Below are positions 8,079 to 15,946 of a stretch of DNA of 16,969 nucleotides, in pieces. Source of the DNA: a virus (lineage: Duplodnaviria; Heunggongvirae; Uroviricota; Caudoviricetes); IMG/VR virus record IMGVR_UViG_2663763054_000010. One strand, written 5' to 3'. Each line of letters starts with the position of its first letter. The first letter of the stretch is position 1. Below the pieces are notes generated by a model, which was not told where the DNA came from, searched no databases, and saw only the letters and a program-made list of their open reading frames with translations. A program made the translations under genes and the position numbers.

Positions 8079-9137
8079 GTGCGGGTATTACTTCGACCTG
8101 TTCTGGTACCGGAACTCGGTCTGGTTATCGTTAAGCCAGGCCGTGAATCAATGTCAGCATTCCATAACGGCAGAATACTGGTGGAGCCGGAACCAAAAAG
8201 CATGCGTAATCTGCCGTCCGGGGTCGTTCCTGCCGCTCGCCAGCCGCTGGTGGAAGACAAAACATTGCTGCCGTTTTTCAGTAACGCACGGGTGATTCGT
8301 GCTGCTGGTGGTGCTGGTGCATTGTCTGACTGGCTGTTGCGCCATATTAAATCCTGCCAGTGGCCACACGGCGATTATCATCACAGCGAAACCGTCATTC
8401 ACCGTTATGGTACCGGCGCAATGGTGTTGTGCTGGCACTGCGACAACCAGCTGCGTGACCAGACATCCGAATCACTCGAGCAACTTGCTCATCAAAACCT
8501 GTCAGCATGGATGATTGACGTCATCGGTCACGCAATAAGCGGTACGCAGGAGCGTGAATTATCTCTGGCTGAATTATCCTGGTGGGCGGTCCGCAATCAG
8601 GTGGCGGACGCGCTACCGGAAGCGGTATTACGTCGTTCGCTGGGGTTGCGTGCGGAAAAAATTCGCTCTGTGTACAGTGAAAGCGACATCATACCGGGAG
8701 AGCAGACAGCCACCAGCATACTGAAGCAGCGCACAAAAAATATTGCGTTACTGCCTCACGTCCACCAGCAACAGAACCCACCACAGGAAAAGACGGTGGT
8801 CAGCATTGCCGTTGATCCGGAGTCACCGGCTCAGTATCTCCAGCGCCAGAAATCACAACGGGAAGAGATGCCTGTATACACGCGCTGGGTAAAAACGCAG
8901 AAATGCATGACGTGTGGCAATCAGGCAGATGATCCGCATCACATCATTGGTCATGGACTGGGAGGGATGGGAACAAAGGCTGATGATTTGTTTGTTATTC
9001 CGTTATGCCGTAAATGCCGTAACGAACTACATGCCGGAGTAAAAGATTTTGAAGAGAAACACGGCAGTCAGCTGTTGTTGCTGATTCGTTTTTTAATGCA
9101 CGCGAGAAATTCGGGTGTTCTGAAGTGGAAAGCATAA
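8079..9137 (+). CDS. YdfU-like protein with HNH-like motif, copy of 1824-2882
   Basis: Identical protein. Confidence 0.65.
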   Translation: MRVLLRPVLVPELGLVIVKPGRESMSAFHNGRILVEPEPKSMRNLPSGVVPAARQPLVEDKTLLPFFSNARVIRAAGGAGALSDWLLRHIKSCQWPHGDYHHSETVIHRYGTGAMVLCWHCDNQLRDQTSESLEQLAHQNLSAWMIDVIGHAISGTQERELSLAELSWWAVRNQVADALPEAVLRRSLGLRAEKIRSVYSESDIIPGEQTATSILKQRTKNIALLPHVHQQQNPPQEKTVVSIAVDPESPAQYLQRQKSQREEMPVYTRWVKTQKCMTCGNQADDPHHIIGHGLGGMGTKADDLFVIPLCRKCRNELHAGVKDFEEKHGSQLLLLIRFLMHARNSGVLKWKA

Positions 9138-9518
9138 ATGACCGAGCGCATAGAATTTGTTTTACCTTACCCGCCGACGGTGAACACTTACTGGCGTCGT
9201 CGTGGCAGCACATATTTTGTATCAAAAGCCGGGGAGCGTTATCGCCGGGCAGTGGCGCTTATTGTTCGCCAGCAGCGGCTGAAATTAAGCCTGTCCGGAA
9301 GGTTGGCAATAAAAATTATTGCAGAACCACCGGATAAGCGCCGCCGTGACCTGGACAATATTCTGAAAGCGCCGCTGGATGCGCTGACGCATGCGGGGTT
9401 GCTAATGGACGATGAGCAGTTTGATGAAATCAATATCGTTCGTGCTCAGCCAGTATCTGGTGGACGTCTGGGGGTGAAGATTTATCCCATAATGCTTGAA
9501 GGGCAGGTCAAAAAATGA
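9138..9518 (+). CDS. rusA: RusA-family resolvase (variant a), second copy
   Basis: Identical to 2883-3263. Confidence 0.85.
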   Translation: MTERIEFVLPYPPTVNTYWRRRGSTYFVSKAGERYRRAVALIVRQQRLKLSLSGRLAIKIIAEPPDKRRRDLDNILKAPLDALTHAGLLMDDEQFDEINIVRAQPVSGGRLGVKIYPIMLEGQVKK

Positions 9519-10336
9519 AACTGGAAGATTTACCGAAATACTACTCCCCAAAATCCCCCGGCCTGACTGATGCATCGGCCTCAACGTCGAAAGATGCGCT
9601 GAGTATCACTGATGTGATGGCCGCGCAGGGCATGACACAGAATCGGGCTGAGATGGGGGTTTCTGCGTTCCTTGGGAAAATGGGCATTAGTATGAATGAC
9701 AGAGAGCGGGCAACAGAATTGCTGACAGAATATGCACTCAGTCGGTGTGATCGCGTGGCGGCGTTAAGAAAACTCCCGGCAGAAATAAAACCGGCAGTGA
9801 TGCGTATTATGGCTTCGTATGCGTTTGAAGATTATGCCCGTAGCGCGGCGAGCAAAAAACAGTGCCCCTGCTGTCACGGAAAAAAATTTATTGAAAGCGA
9901 GGTTTTTACAAACAAGATCCAGTATCCGGATGGTAAGCCGCCGGTATGGGCAAAGTGTACGAAAGGTGTGTATCCGTCTTACTGGGAAGAATGGAAAAAA
10001 GTCAGGGAGGTGGTAAAAGTTGCCTGTCCGGAGTGTGGCGGAAAGGGTGAGGTTTCCACCGCCTGTAAGGATTGCCGTGGGCGTGGTGTCGCCATTCATC
10101 GTGAAGAGTCGGTAAAACGTGGTATGCCTGTTATCAGAGACTGCCAGCGTTGTGGTGGTCGTGGCTATGAAAGACTACCATCAACGGAGGCATTTAATGC
10201 TATATGCGAGGTGACAAACCAGATAACACGCGCGTCATGGGAAAAAACAGTTAAGAAATTTTATGATGCGCTGGTGACCCGGTTTGATATTGAAGAAGCA
10301 TGGGCTGAGCGGCAGTTAAAAAAGGTAACTAGGTAA
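9515..10336 (+). CDS. Q-like late antiterminator (variant a), intact 273 aa
   Basis: Same as 3260-4006 then continues with the native C-terminus ...KKFYDALVTRFDIEEAWAERQLKKVTR. Confidence 0.65.
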   Translation: MKLEDLPKYYSPKSPGLTDASASTSKDALSITDVMAAQGMTQNRAEMGVSAFLGKMGISMNDRERATELLTEYALSRCDRVAALRKLPAEIKPAVMRIMASYAFEDYARSAASKKQCPCCHGKKFIESEVFTNKIQYPDGKPPVWAKCTKGVYPSYWEEWKKVREVVKVACPECGGKGEVSTACKDCRGRGVAIHREESVKRGMPVIRDCQRCGGRGYERLPSTEAFNAICEVTNQITRASWEKTVKKFYDALVTRFDIEEAWAERQLKKVTR

Positions 10337-10418
10337 CAAGGTTGATTTTTCCGGAATCTGTGGTAAATTCGTCATAACGATGGGCGTTTTATGCCTGACG
10401 TTAGAAGAGTTTCTACAA

Positions 10419-10441
10419 CCCGCCGCCGAGCGGGTTTTTTA
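10419..10441 (+). terminator. tR'-like terminator (copy of 6990-7012)
   Basis: Same hairpin + T-tract. Confidence 0.6.
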
Positions 10442-10560
10442 TGACTGAAATCGCGTCAGTACAGTAAACGCGCTGGTGGCGGTGAATACCTGTCTTTCAG
10501 CTTGCTGGCTTTTTCGACAAGAGTTATTGGTGTGTCACGTTAACCGGAAAAGGAAAAGAC

Positions 10561-10758
10561 ATGCTAAAACAGCAGGATATGACAGAAACCGCCAGAGTGG
10601 TGTTTAATGAATTAAGCGTTACCGAACCGGCGACAGTCGGGGAGATAGCGCAGAATACTTACCTTTCACGCGAACGCTGCCAGTTAATACTGACCCAGCT
10701 GGTTATGGCGGGTCTGGCAGACTATCAGTTCGGTTGTTACAGACGCCTTCCGCAGTGA
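10561..10758 (+). CDS. small protein, copy of 7132-7329
   Basis: Identical protein. Confidence 0.45.
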   Translation: MLKQQDMTETARVVFNELSVTEPATVGEIAQNTYLSRERCQLILTQLVMAGLADYQFGCYRRLPQ

Positions 10759-10908
10759 AGGCTTTTTTATTTGTGGTAAATGGGCGGCTGGTGGGTGTTA
10801 GGGGCACCCACCAGCCATCTGCTCATGCGTTGGGTTCACAAGCAAACCTCAGGCCCACTGCTTTGCGCAAAAGCAGAATGAGCCTATCAGAGACAGGCTT
10901 AATGATCC

Positions 10909-11967
10909 ATGCTTAATACTGTAAAAATATCCAGTTGTGAGTTAATCAACGCCGACTGCCTGGAATTTATCCGGTCGTTACCCGAAAATTCTGTTGACCT
11001 GATAGTCACGGACCCGCCGTACTTTAAAGTGAAGCCTGAGGGCTGGGATAACCAGTGGAAGGGCGACGATGATTACCTGAAGTGGCTGGACCAGTGTCTG
11101 GCGCAGTTCTGGCGGGTGCTGAAACCTGCCGGAAGTCTTTACCTGTTCTGTGGTCATCGCCTGGCATCTGATATCGAAATCATGATGCGTGAACGCTTCA
11201 GTGTGCTGAACCATATTATCTGGGCGAAGCCGTCCGGACGCTGGAACGGATGCAACAAGGAAAGCCTGCGGGCGTATTTCCCCGCCACAGAGCGCATTCT
11301 GTTCGCGGAACATTATCAGGGGCCGTATCGTCCGAAAGATGCCGGGTATGCGGCGAAGGGCAGTGCACTGAAACAGCATGTGATGGCCCCGCTGATTTCT
11401 TACTTTCGTGATGCGCGAGCTGCCCTGGGGATAACGGCAAAACAGATTGCAGATGCCACAGGAAAGAAAAACATGGTGTCGCACTGGTTCAGTGCCGGTC
11501 AGTGGCAGTTGCCGAATGAAAGCGATTATCTGAAATTACAGGCGCTGTTTGCCCGGGTGGCAGAAGAGAAGCATCGGCGTGGTGAACTGGAAAAGCTCCA
11601 CCACCAGCTGGTGGATACGTATACCTCACTGAACCGGCAGTATGCGGAGCTGCTGAGTGAATATAAACATCTGCGGCGGTATTTTGGCGTGACGGTGCAG
11701 GTGCCGTATACCGATGTGTGGACGCATAAACCGGTGCAGTTCTATCCCGGGAAACATCCGTGCGAAAAACCGGCAGAAATGCTGCAGCAGATAATCAGCG
11801 CTAGCAGTCGTCCGGGTGACCTGATTGCAGATTTTTTCATGGGGTTGGGTTCGACAGTGAAAGCGGCACTGGCGCTCGGGCGTCGTGCAATTGGCGTTGA
11901 GCTGGAGACTGAACGTTTTGAGCAGACGGTTCGGGAAGTACAGGATTTAGTCAGCCAGAACGGATGA
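10909..11967 (+). CDS. DNA methyltransferase, DPPY (N6-adenine/N4-cytosine) type with beta-class motif order; no cognate endonuclease seen (orphan)
   Basis: Motif IV DLIVTDPPYF near N-terminus, motif I DLIADFFMGLGST near C-terminus. Confidence 0.8.
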   Translation: MLNTVKISSCELINADCLEFIRSLPENSVDLIVTDPPYFKVKPEGWDNQWKGDDDYLKWLDQCLAQFWRVLKPAGSLYLFCGHRLASDIEIMMRERFSVLNHIIWAKPSGRWNGCNKESLRAYFPATERILFAEHYQGPYRPKDAGYAAKGSALKQHVMAPLISYFRDARAALGITAKQIADATGKKNMVSHWFSAGQWQLPNESDYLKLQALFARVAEEKHRRGELEKLHHQLVDTYTSLNRQYAELLSEYKHLRRYFGVTVQVPYTDVWTHKPVQFYPGKHPCEKPAEMLQQIISASSRPGDLIADFFMGLGSTVKAALALGRRAIGVELETERFEQTVREVQDLVSQNG

Positions 11968-12007
11968 TATTGAAGAATTAATTACGCGTCGTTATTATGC
12001 GGCTCCC

Positions 12008-12083
12008 GGCCCTTTAGCTCAGTGGTGAGAGCGAGCGACTCATAATCGCCAGGTCGCTGGTTCAAATCCAGCAAGGGCCACCA
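12008..12083 (+). tRNA. tRNA with CAU anticodon, tRNA-Ile2 (lysidine) type, ileX/ileZ-like
   Basis: Cloverleaf: acceptor GGCCCTT/AAGGGCC, anticodon loop CTCATAA, T-loop TTCAAAT, CCA end. Confidence 0.85.
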
Positions 12084-12090
12084 TCACATA

Positions 12091-12167
12091 CCGCCATTAG
12101 CTCATCAGGAAAGAGCGCCAGCCTTCGAAGCTGGCTGCGCGGGGTTCAAGTCCCCGATGGCGGTCCA
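12091..12167 (+). tRNA. tRNA-Arg, anticodon UCG as read
   Basis: Acceptor CCGCCAT/ATGGCGG, anticodon stem CCAGC/GCTGG with loop CTTCGAA, T-loop TTCAAGT, CCA end. Confidence 0.75.
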
Positions 12168-12180
12168 TTATCTGCATCAT

Positions 12181-12257
12181 GCGTTGTTAGCTCAGCCGGA
12201 CAGAGCAATTGCCTTCTAAGCAATCGGTCACTGGTTCGAATCCAGTACAACGCGCCA
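12181..12257 (+). tRNA. tRNA-Arg, anticodon UCU (reads rare AGA)
   Basis: Acceptor GCGTTGT/ACAACGC, anticodon loop CTTCTAA, T-loop TTCGAAT, CCA end. Confidence 0.85.
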
Positions 12258-12271
12258 CACTTATTTTCCCA

Positions 12272-12300
12272 GGCTCGCTTTTGCGGGCCTTTTTTTTAAA
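12272..12300 (+). terminator. rho-independent terminator after tRNA cluster
   Basis: AGGCTCGC-TTTT-GCGGGCCT stem (one mismatch) followed by T8. Confidence 0.5.
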
Positions 12301-12514
12301 TGTCTCACAATTCAGACGGTTGACAGTTGTCTGTTTTGCGGGGAGTTTGTTAAAAGAAACTGGCATGGTGAATCCCCCTGTGCGGAGGGGCAATCAGCGA
12401 GTAGGTATATGGGATAATCGCGGATTCAGGTGCTGGTACTGAATTCACCGGGAGGCACCCGGCATCATGCAATGGCACATAGCGCCACTCTCCAGCCCTC
12501 TCCGGAGGGGCTTT
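12293..12514 (+). other. conserved ~215-bp structured non-coding element, copy 1; candidate sRNA or leader ending in a hairpin
   Basis: Near-identical to 15947-16170; several GC stems; no ORF conserved between copies. Confidence 0.3.
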
Positions 12515-12744
12515 TCTGTGCCGGATACATCACAGTTTCTGGAACCTTAGGTACTACAGTATCAGTCAGGGTGCTATATTTTCAGATGTGATGAAAGCCT
12601 GTCAGCAGGCAGGGCGTATCGGAAATGACCCAGTAGAGAAAACGTTGACTCAGATACCGGTGCTGAGTTACCGGGAAACCGGCATCACATGACCGCTATC
12701 CTGAGGTGTACTGGCAATAGCGGACACTACCATTTGTTCTTTTT

Positions 12745-13563
12745 TTAAGCAGCCATCTGATGATATTTTTCCCTGAAGGCTGCCGGGGAGATATTCCCCA
12801 GACGAGAGTGACGACGCTGACGATTGTAGAAAATCTCAATGTATTCCCGTATTACTGAGATGGCTTCATCCCGGTTATTAAAACGATAGTGGCTCAGGCT
12901 CTCATTTTTCAGCGTTCCCCAGAAGCTTTCCATCGGAGCGTTGTCGTAACAGTTACCTTTACGCGACATTGATGTTTTCAGACCAGACTGCTCCTGTATG
13001 ACCCGGTAATCGTATGCGCAGTACTGTGAACCTCGATCAGAGTGGTGGATTAGCCCGGCAGGTGGGCGCTGGCTCCTGAGCGCCATAAACAGGGCTTTAC
13101 CTGTCAGCTCTTTTGTCATGCGCTCTCCCATGGCGTAGCCGACAATTTCGCACGTATAAACATCTTTGATGCCAGCGAGGTACAACCATCCCTCCTGTGT
13201 GGCAACATACGTCAGGTCCGCCACCCAGACCTGATTTGGTGCTGTAGGAGCGAACGTCTGGTTCAGCAGATTTGGCGCAACTGGCAGATTGTGGTTCGAG
13301 TTCGTAGTCGCTCTGAACTTGCGTTTCTGCTTACAGCGTAGCCTTAGCTCCTTACGAAGACGTGCCAGTCGGTCACGACCAACGATGATGCCATTCTCTG
13401 CCAGCTCCGTCTGGAGCCGCCGGGTTCCATATGTTTCGCGAGTGCGGATATGTGCCACCTTAATCTCCAGTTTTAGCCGCTCATCACTTTGTTTTCTGTC
13501 TGAGGGTTCATGCTGTACCCAGTTGTAATAACCGCTCCTGGATACACCAAATACCTGACACAT
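12745..13563 (-). CDS. IS3-family transposase OrfB (DDE integrase-like), 272 aa from first in-frame Met
   Basis: Recalled IS3-family OrfB features; normally expressed as an OrfAB frameshift fusion. Confidence 0.85.
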   Translation of the reverse strand: MCQVFGVSRSGYYNWVQHEPSDRKQSDERLKLEIKVAHIRTRETYGTRRLQTELAENGIIVGRDRLARLRKELRLRCKQKRKFRATTNSNHNLPVAPNLLNQTFAPTAPNQVWVADLTYVATQEGWLYLAGIKDVYTCEIVGYAMGERMTKELTGKALFMALRSQRPPAGLIHHSDRGSQYCAYDYRVIQEQSGLKTSMSRKGNCYDNAPMESFWGTLKNESLSHYRFNNRDEAISVIREYIEIFYNRQRRHSRLGNISPAAFREKYHQMAA

Positions 13564-13598
13564 CGCTTCAATGGGAAATTGTTGTCGCCATTGTTCGA

Positions 13599-13842
13599 TT
13601 AACGCGTATTTTTCAGCGACTCCTGTGCAAAATACGCTGTTGCTTTTTTTAATATATCTCGCTCAAGGCGAGCTTCATTTAACGCCTTACGCAGTTGCAG
13701 AATTTCAGATTCCAGTTCAGCCACCGTGCGGGAACCAGGAGTACCGAGCCCTTTTCTGGCGGCGGTAACCCATTGTCCTAAAGTGCCTTCAGGAAGAGAT
13801 AATCGGGAAGCGCCTTCACTGATCGAAAGTTGATTTTCAAAG
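13599..13842 (-). pseudogene. IS3-family OrfA, C-terminal part only (...ENQLSISEGASRLSLPEG...ILKKATAYFAQESLKNTR)
   Basis: Track ORF 13599-14000 is chimeric: 3' part is orfA, 5' part is antisense rusA. Confidence 0.7.
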
Positions 13843-14084
13843 CGACTGAAATTAAGCCTGTCCGGAAGACTGGCGATAAAGATTATTGCAGAGCCACCGG
13901 ATAAGCGCCGTCGTGACCTGGACAATATCCTGAAAGCACCACTGGATGCACTGACACATGCGGGAGTGTTAATGGACGATGAGCAGTTTGATGAAATCAA
14001 TATCGTTCGTGGTCAGCCAGTATCTGGTGGACGTCTGGGGGTGAAGATTTACCCCATAATGCATGAAGAGCAGGTCAAAAAATG
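13843..14084 (+). pseudogene. rusA: rusA (variant b) 3' fragment, lacking about the first 44 codons
   Basis: Matches 5848-6089 with one substitution (RAQPV to RGQPV); upstream replaced by the IS. Confidence 0.8.
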
Positions 14085-14936
14085 AAACTGGAAGATTTAC
14101 CGAAATACTACTCCCCAAAATCCCCTTGCCTGACCGATGCATCGGCCTCAACGTCAAAAGATGCGCTGAGTATCACTGATGTGATGGCCGCGCAGGGCAT
14201 GACACAGAATCGGGCTGAGATGGGGTTTTCTGCGTTCCTGGGGAAAATGGGCATCAGTATGAATGACAGGGCGCGGGCAACAGAATTACTGGCAGATTAT
14301 GCACTCAGTCGGTGCGATCGTGTGGCGGCGTTGAGAAAACTTCCGGCAGAAATAAAACCGGTAGTGATGCGCATTATGGCTTCGTACGCTTTTGAGGATT
14401 ATGCCCGCAGCGCAGCGAGTAAAAAGCAGTGCCCTTGTTGCTATGGGGAAAAATTTATTGAAAGCGTAGTTTTTACAAACAAGGTCCAGTATCCGGATGG
14501 TAAGCCGCCGGTATGGGCAAAGTGTACGAAAGGTGTGTATCCGTCTTACTGGGAAGAATGGAAAAAAGTCAGGGAGGTGGTAAAAGTTGCCTGTCCGGAG
14601 TGTGGCGGAAAGGGTGAGGTTTCCACCGCCTGTAAGGATTGCCGTGGGCGTGGTGTCGCCATTCATCGTGAAGAGTCGGTAAAACGTGGTATGCCTGTTA
14701 TCAGAGACTGCCAGCGTTGTGGTGGTCGTGGCTATGAAAGACTACCATCAACGGAGGCATTTAATGCTATATGCGAGGTGACAAACCAGATAACACGCGC
14801 GTCATGGGAAAAAACAGTTAAGAAATTCTATGATGCGCTGGTGACTCGGTTTGATATTGAAGAAGCATGGGCTGAGCGGCAGTTAAAAAAGGTAACTAGG
14901 TTGATTTTTCCGGAATCTGTGGTAAATTCGTCATAA
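14082..14936 (+). CDS. Q-like late antiterminator (variant b), 284 aa; an 8-bp deletion removes the normal stop and adds an 11-aa tail
   Basis: Same as 6086-6907 apart from a few substitutions; ...AGGTAACTAGGTAACAAGGTTG becomes AGGTAACTAGGTTG; ORF runs through the PR' -35/-10. Confidence 0.6.
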   Translation: MKLEDLPKYYSPKSPCLTDASASTSKDALSITDVMAAQGMTQNRAEMGFSAFLGKMGISMNDRARATELLADYALSRCDRVAALRKLPAEIKPVVMRIMASYAFEDYARSAASKKQCPCCYGEKFIESVVFTNKVQYPDGKPPVWAKCTKGVYPSYWEEWKKVREVVKVACPECGGKGEVSTACKDCRGRGVAIHREESVKRGMPVIRDCQRCGGRGYERLPSTEAFNAICEVTNQITRASWEKTVKKFYDALVTRFDIEEAWAERQLKKVTRLIFPESVVNSS

Positions 14937-14977
14937 CTATGGGCGTTTTATGCCTGACGTTAGAAGAGTTTCTACAA

Positions 14978-15000
14978 CCCGCCGCCGAGCGGGTTTTTTA
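14978..15000 (+). terminator. tR'-like terminator (third copy)
   Basis: CCCGC-loop-GCGGG + T6. Confidence 0.6.
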
Positions 15001-15038
15001 TTGCGGAATTAATTACGGACCGTTATTATTCTGCTCCC

Positions 15039-15114
15039 GGCCCTTTAGCTCAGTGGTGAGAGCGAGCGACTCATAATCGCCAGGTCGCTGGTTCAAATCC
15101 AGCAAGGGCCACCA
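15039..15114 (+). tRNA. tRNA (CAU), Ile2-type, second copy
   Basis: Identical to 12008-12083. Confidence 0.85.
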
Positions 15115-15121
15115 TCACAAA

Positions 15122-15201
15122 CCGCCATTAGCTTATCAGGAAGAGCAGACGACACGATAACAGGGTTGTTGGTGCGGGGGCGGGTCCCCGATGGCGGTCC
15201 A
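15122..15201 (+). pseudogene. degenerate tRNA (tRNA-Arg-like ends, anticodon arm and T-loop disrupted)
   Basis: Acceptor and D-arm as in 12091-12167, but the middle has no anticodon stem and the T-loop is GCGGGT. Confidence 0.55.
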
Positions 15202-15214
15202 TTATCGGTATTCA

Positions 15215-15291
15215 GCGTTGTTAGCTCAGCCGGACAGAGCAATTGCCTTCTAAGCAATCGGTCACTGGTTCGAATCCAGTACAGCGCGCCA
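15215..15291 (+). tRNA. tRNA-Arg (UCU), second copy, with one acceptor-stem change giving a U-G pair
   Basis: Same as 12181-12257 except ACAGCGC for ACAACGC. Confidence 0.8.
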
Positions 15292-15401
15292 TATTCATTC
15301 TTCCAGATTCCTTCCGGCAGAGCCTTATACTGAAATATACCTGGCTCAGGATATTGTTGAAAATATTTTATGTTTGTCAAAAATAAAAGTTCTGTTAAGT
15401 A

Positions 15402-15755
15402 TTGATTGAGTGTTTGTTATACGGTCTAATGGTTTTTTCAGCATTAAATATTTATCATTCATATGGTGTGGGTAGAGTGAATATTGATGAGGCGTCGGGG
15501 TGTTTCATCCTTAGGCAGCGTATTGATATAGTCAATGCAGCACGAGCAAAGGCCTTCAGCCGTTTGACAGTTTTGTTCTGTACTCCTGATCGTCTTTCGG
15601 GAAGAGACGTTATTATTCTGAATAGTGATGCTATACAGAGGGTTTGCGATGAGTTCATGGTTGCTAATTCAGAATTATTTGCTCTTGTTCAGGAGTACAA
15701 CAGAATAGCCAGGACCTGTGGTATGGATGAACTTCGGATTACTCATCTGGGGTAG
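15402..15755 (+). CDS. hypothetical protein in AT-rich cargo region; start codon uncertain (track start is TTG)
   Basis: 117-aa ORF; no recognisable motif. Confidence 0.3.
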   Translation: MIECLLYGLMVFSALNIYHSYGVGRVNIDEASGCFILRQRIDIVNAARAKAFSRLTVLFCTPDRLSGRDVIILNSDAIQRVCDEFMVANSELFALVQEYNRIARTCGMDELRITHLG

Positions 15756-15946
15756 ATACATATCTGGATTATCACCTGTTACGGTAAAAAGTGATTGCTT
15801 ACTGTTTTTGTGAATGGCATTGCAGCAGCCGGATAATGTCAGTGCTGGCTGACGGTGTGCTGGTGGCGGGTGTGGTGGTTGTTGCTTTCCCGTTGCTGAA
15901 AAAGAAAACGCCAGACTGTTAGCCGGGTATCAGTTAGCGGGAGAAA

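Larger units (their letters stand above)
7587..10261 (+). repeat. direct repeat: second copy of block 1332-4006 (rem-like, ydfU-like, rusA-a, Q-a)
   Basis: Constant offset 6255 for all ORFs; intergenic stretches compared by eye are identical. Confidence 0.85.
12692..13842 (-). mobile_element. IS3-family (IS600-like) element, left end (orfA 5' part and IRL) missing
   Basis: Terminus TGAGGTGTACTGGCAATAGCGG at 12692; orfA/orfB on minus strand; abrupt junction to rusA-internal sequence at about 13842/13843. Confidence 0.8.

Noticed and set aside
12340-12360. Sigma-54 promoter suggested by TGGCATGG in the conserved element
   Set aside because: The downstream TTGCA-type -12 element at the right spacing is absent.
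12187-12442. ORFs 12187-12393 (-) and 12209-12442 (+)
   Set aside because: They overlap the tRNA-Arg gene, the terminator and the structured element; the frame is not conserved in the second copy.
12258-12700. Shiga toxin genes (stxA/stxB) expected downstream of the ileZ-argN-argO-like tRNA trio
   Set aside because: No ORF of the right size or signal-peptide N-terminus; the region holds a terminator, a non-coding conserved element and then an IS end.
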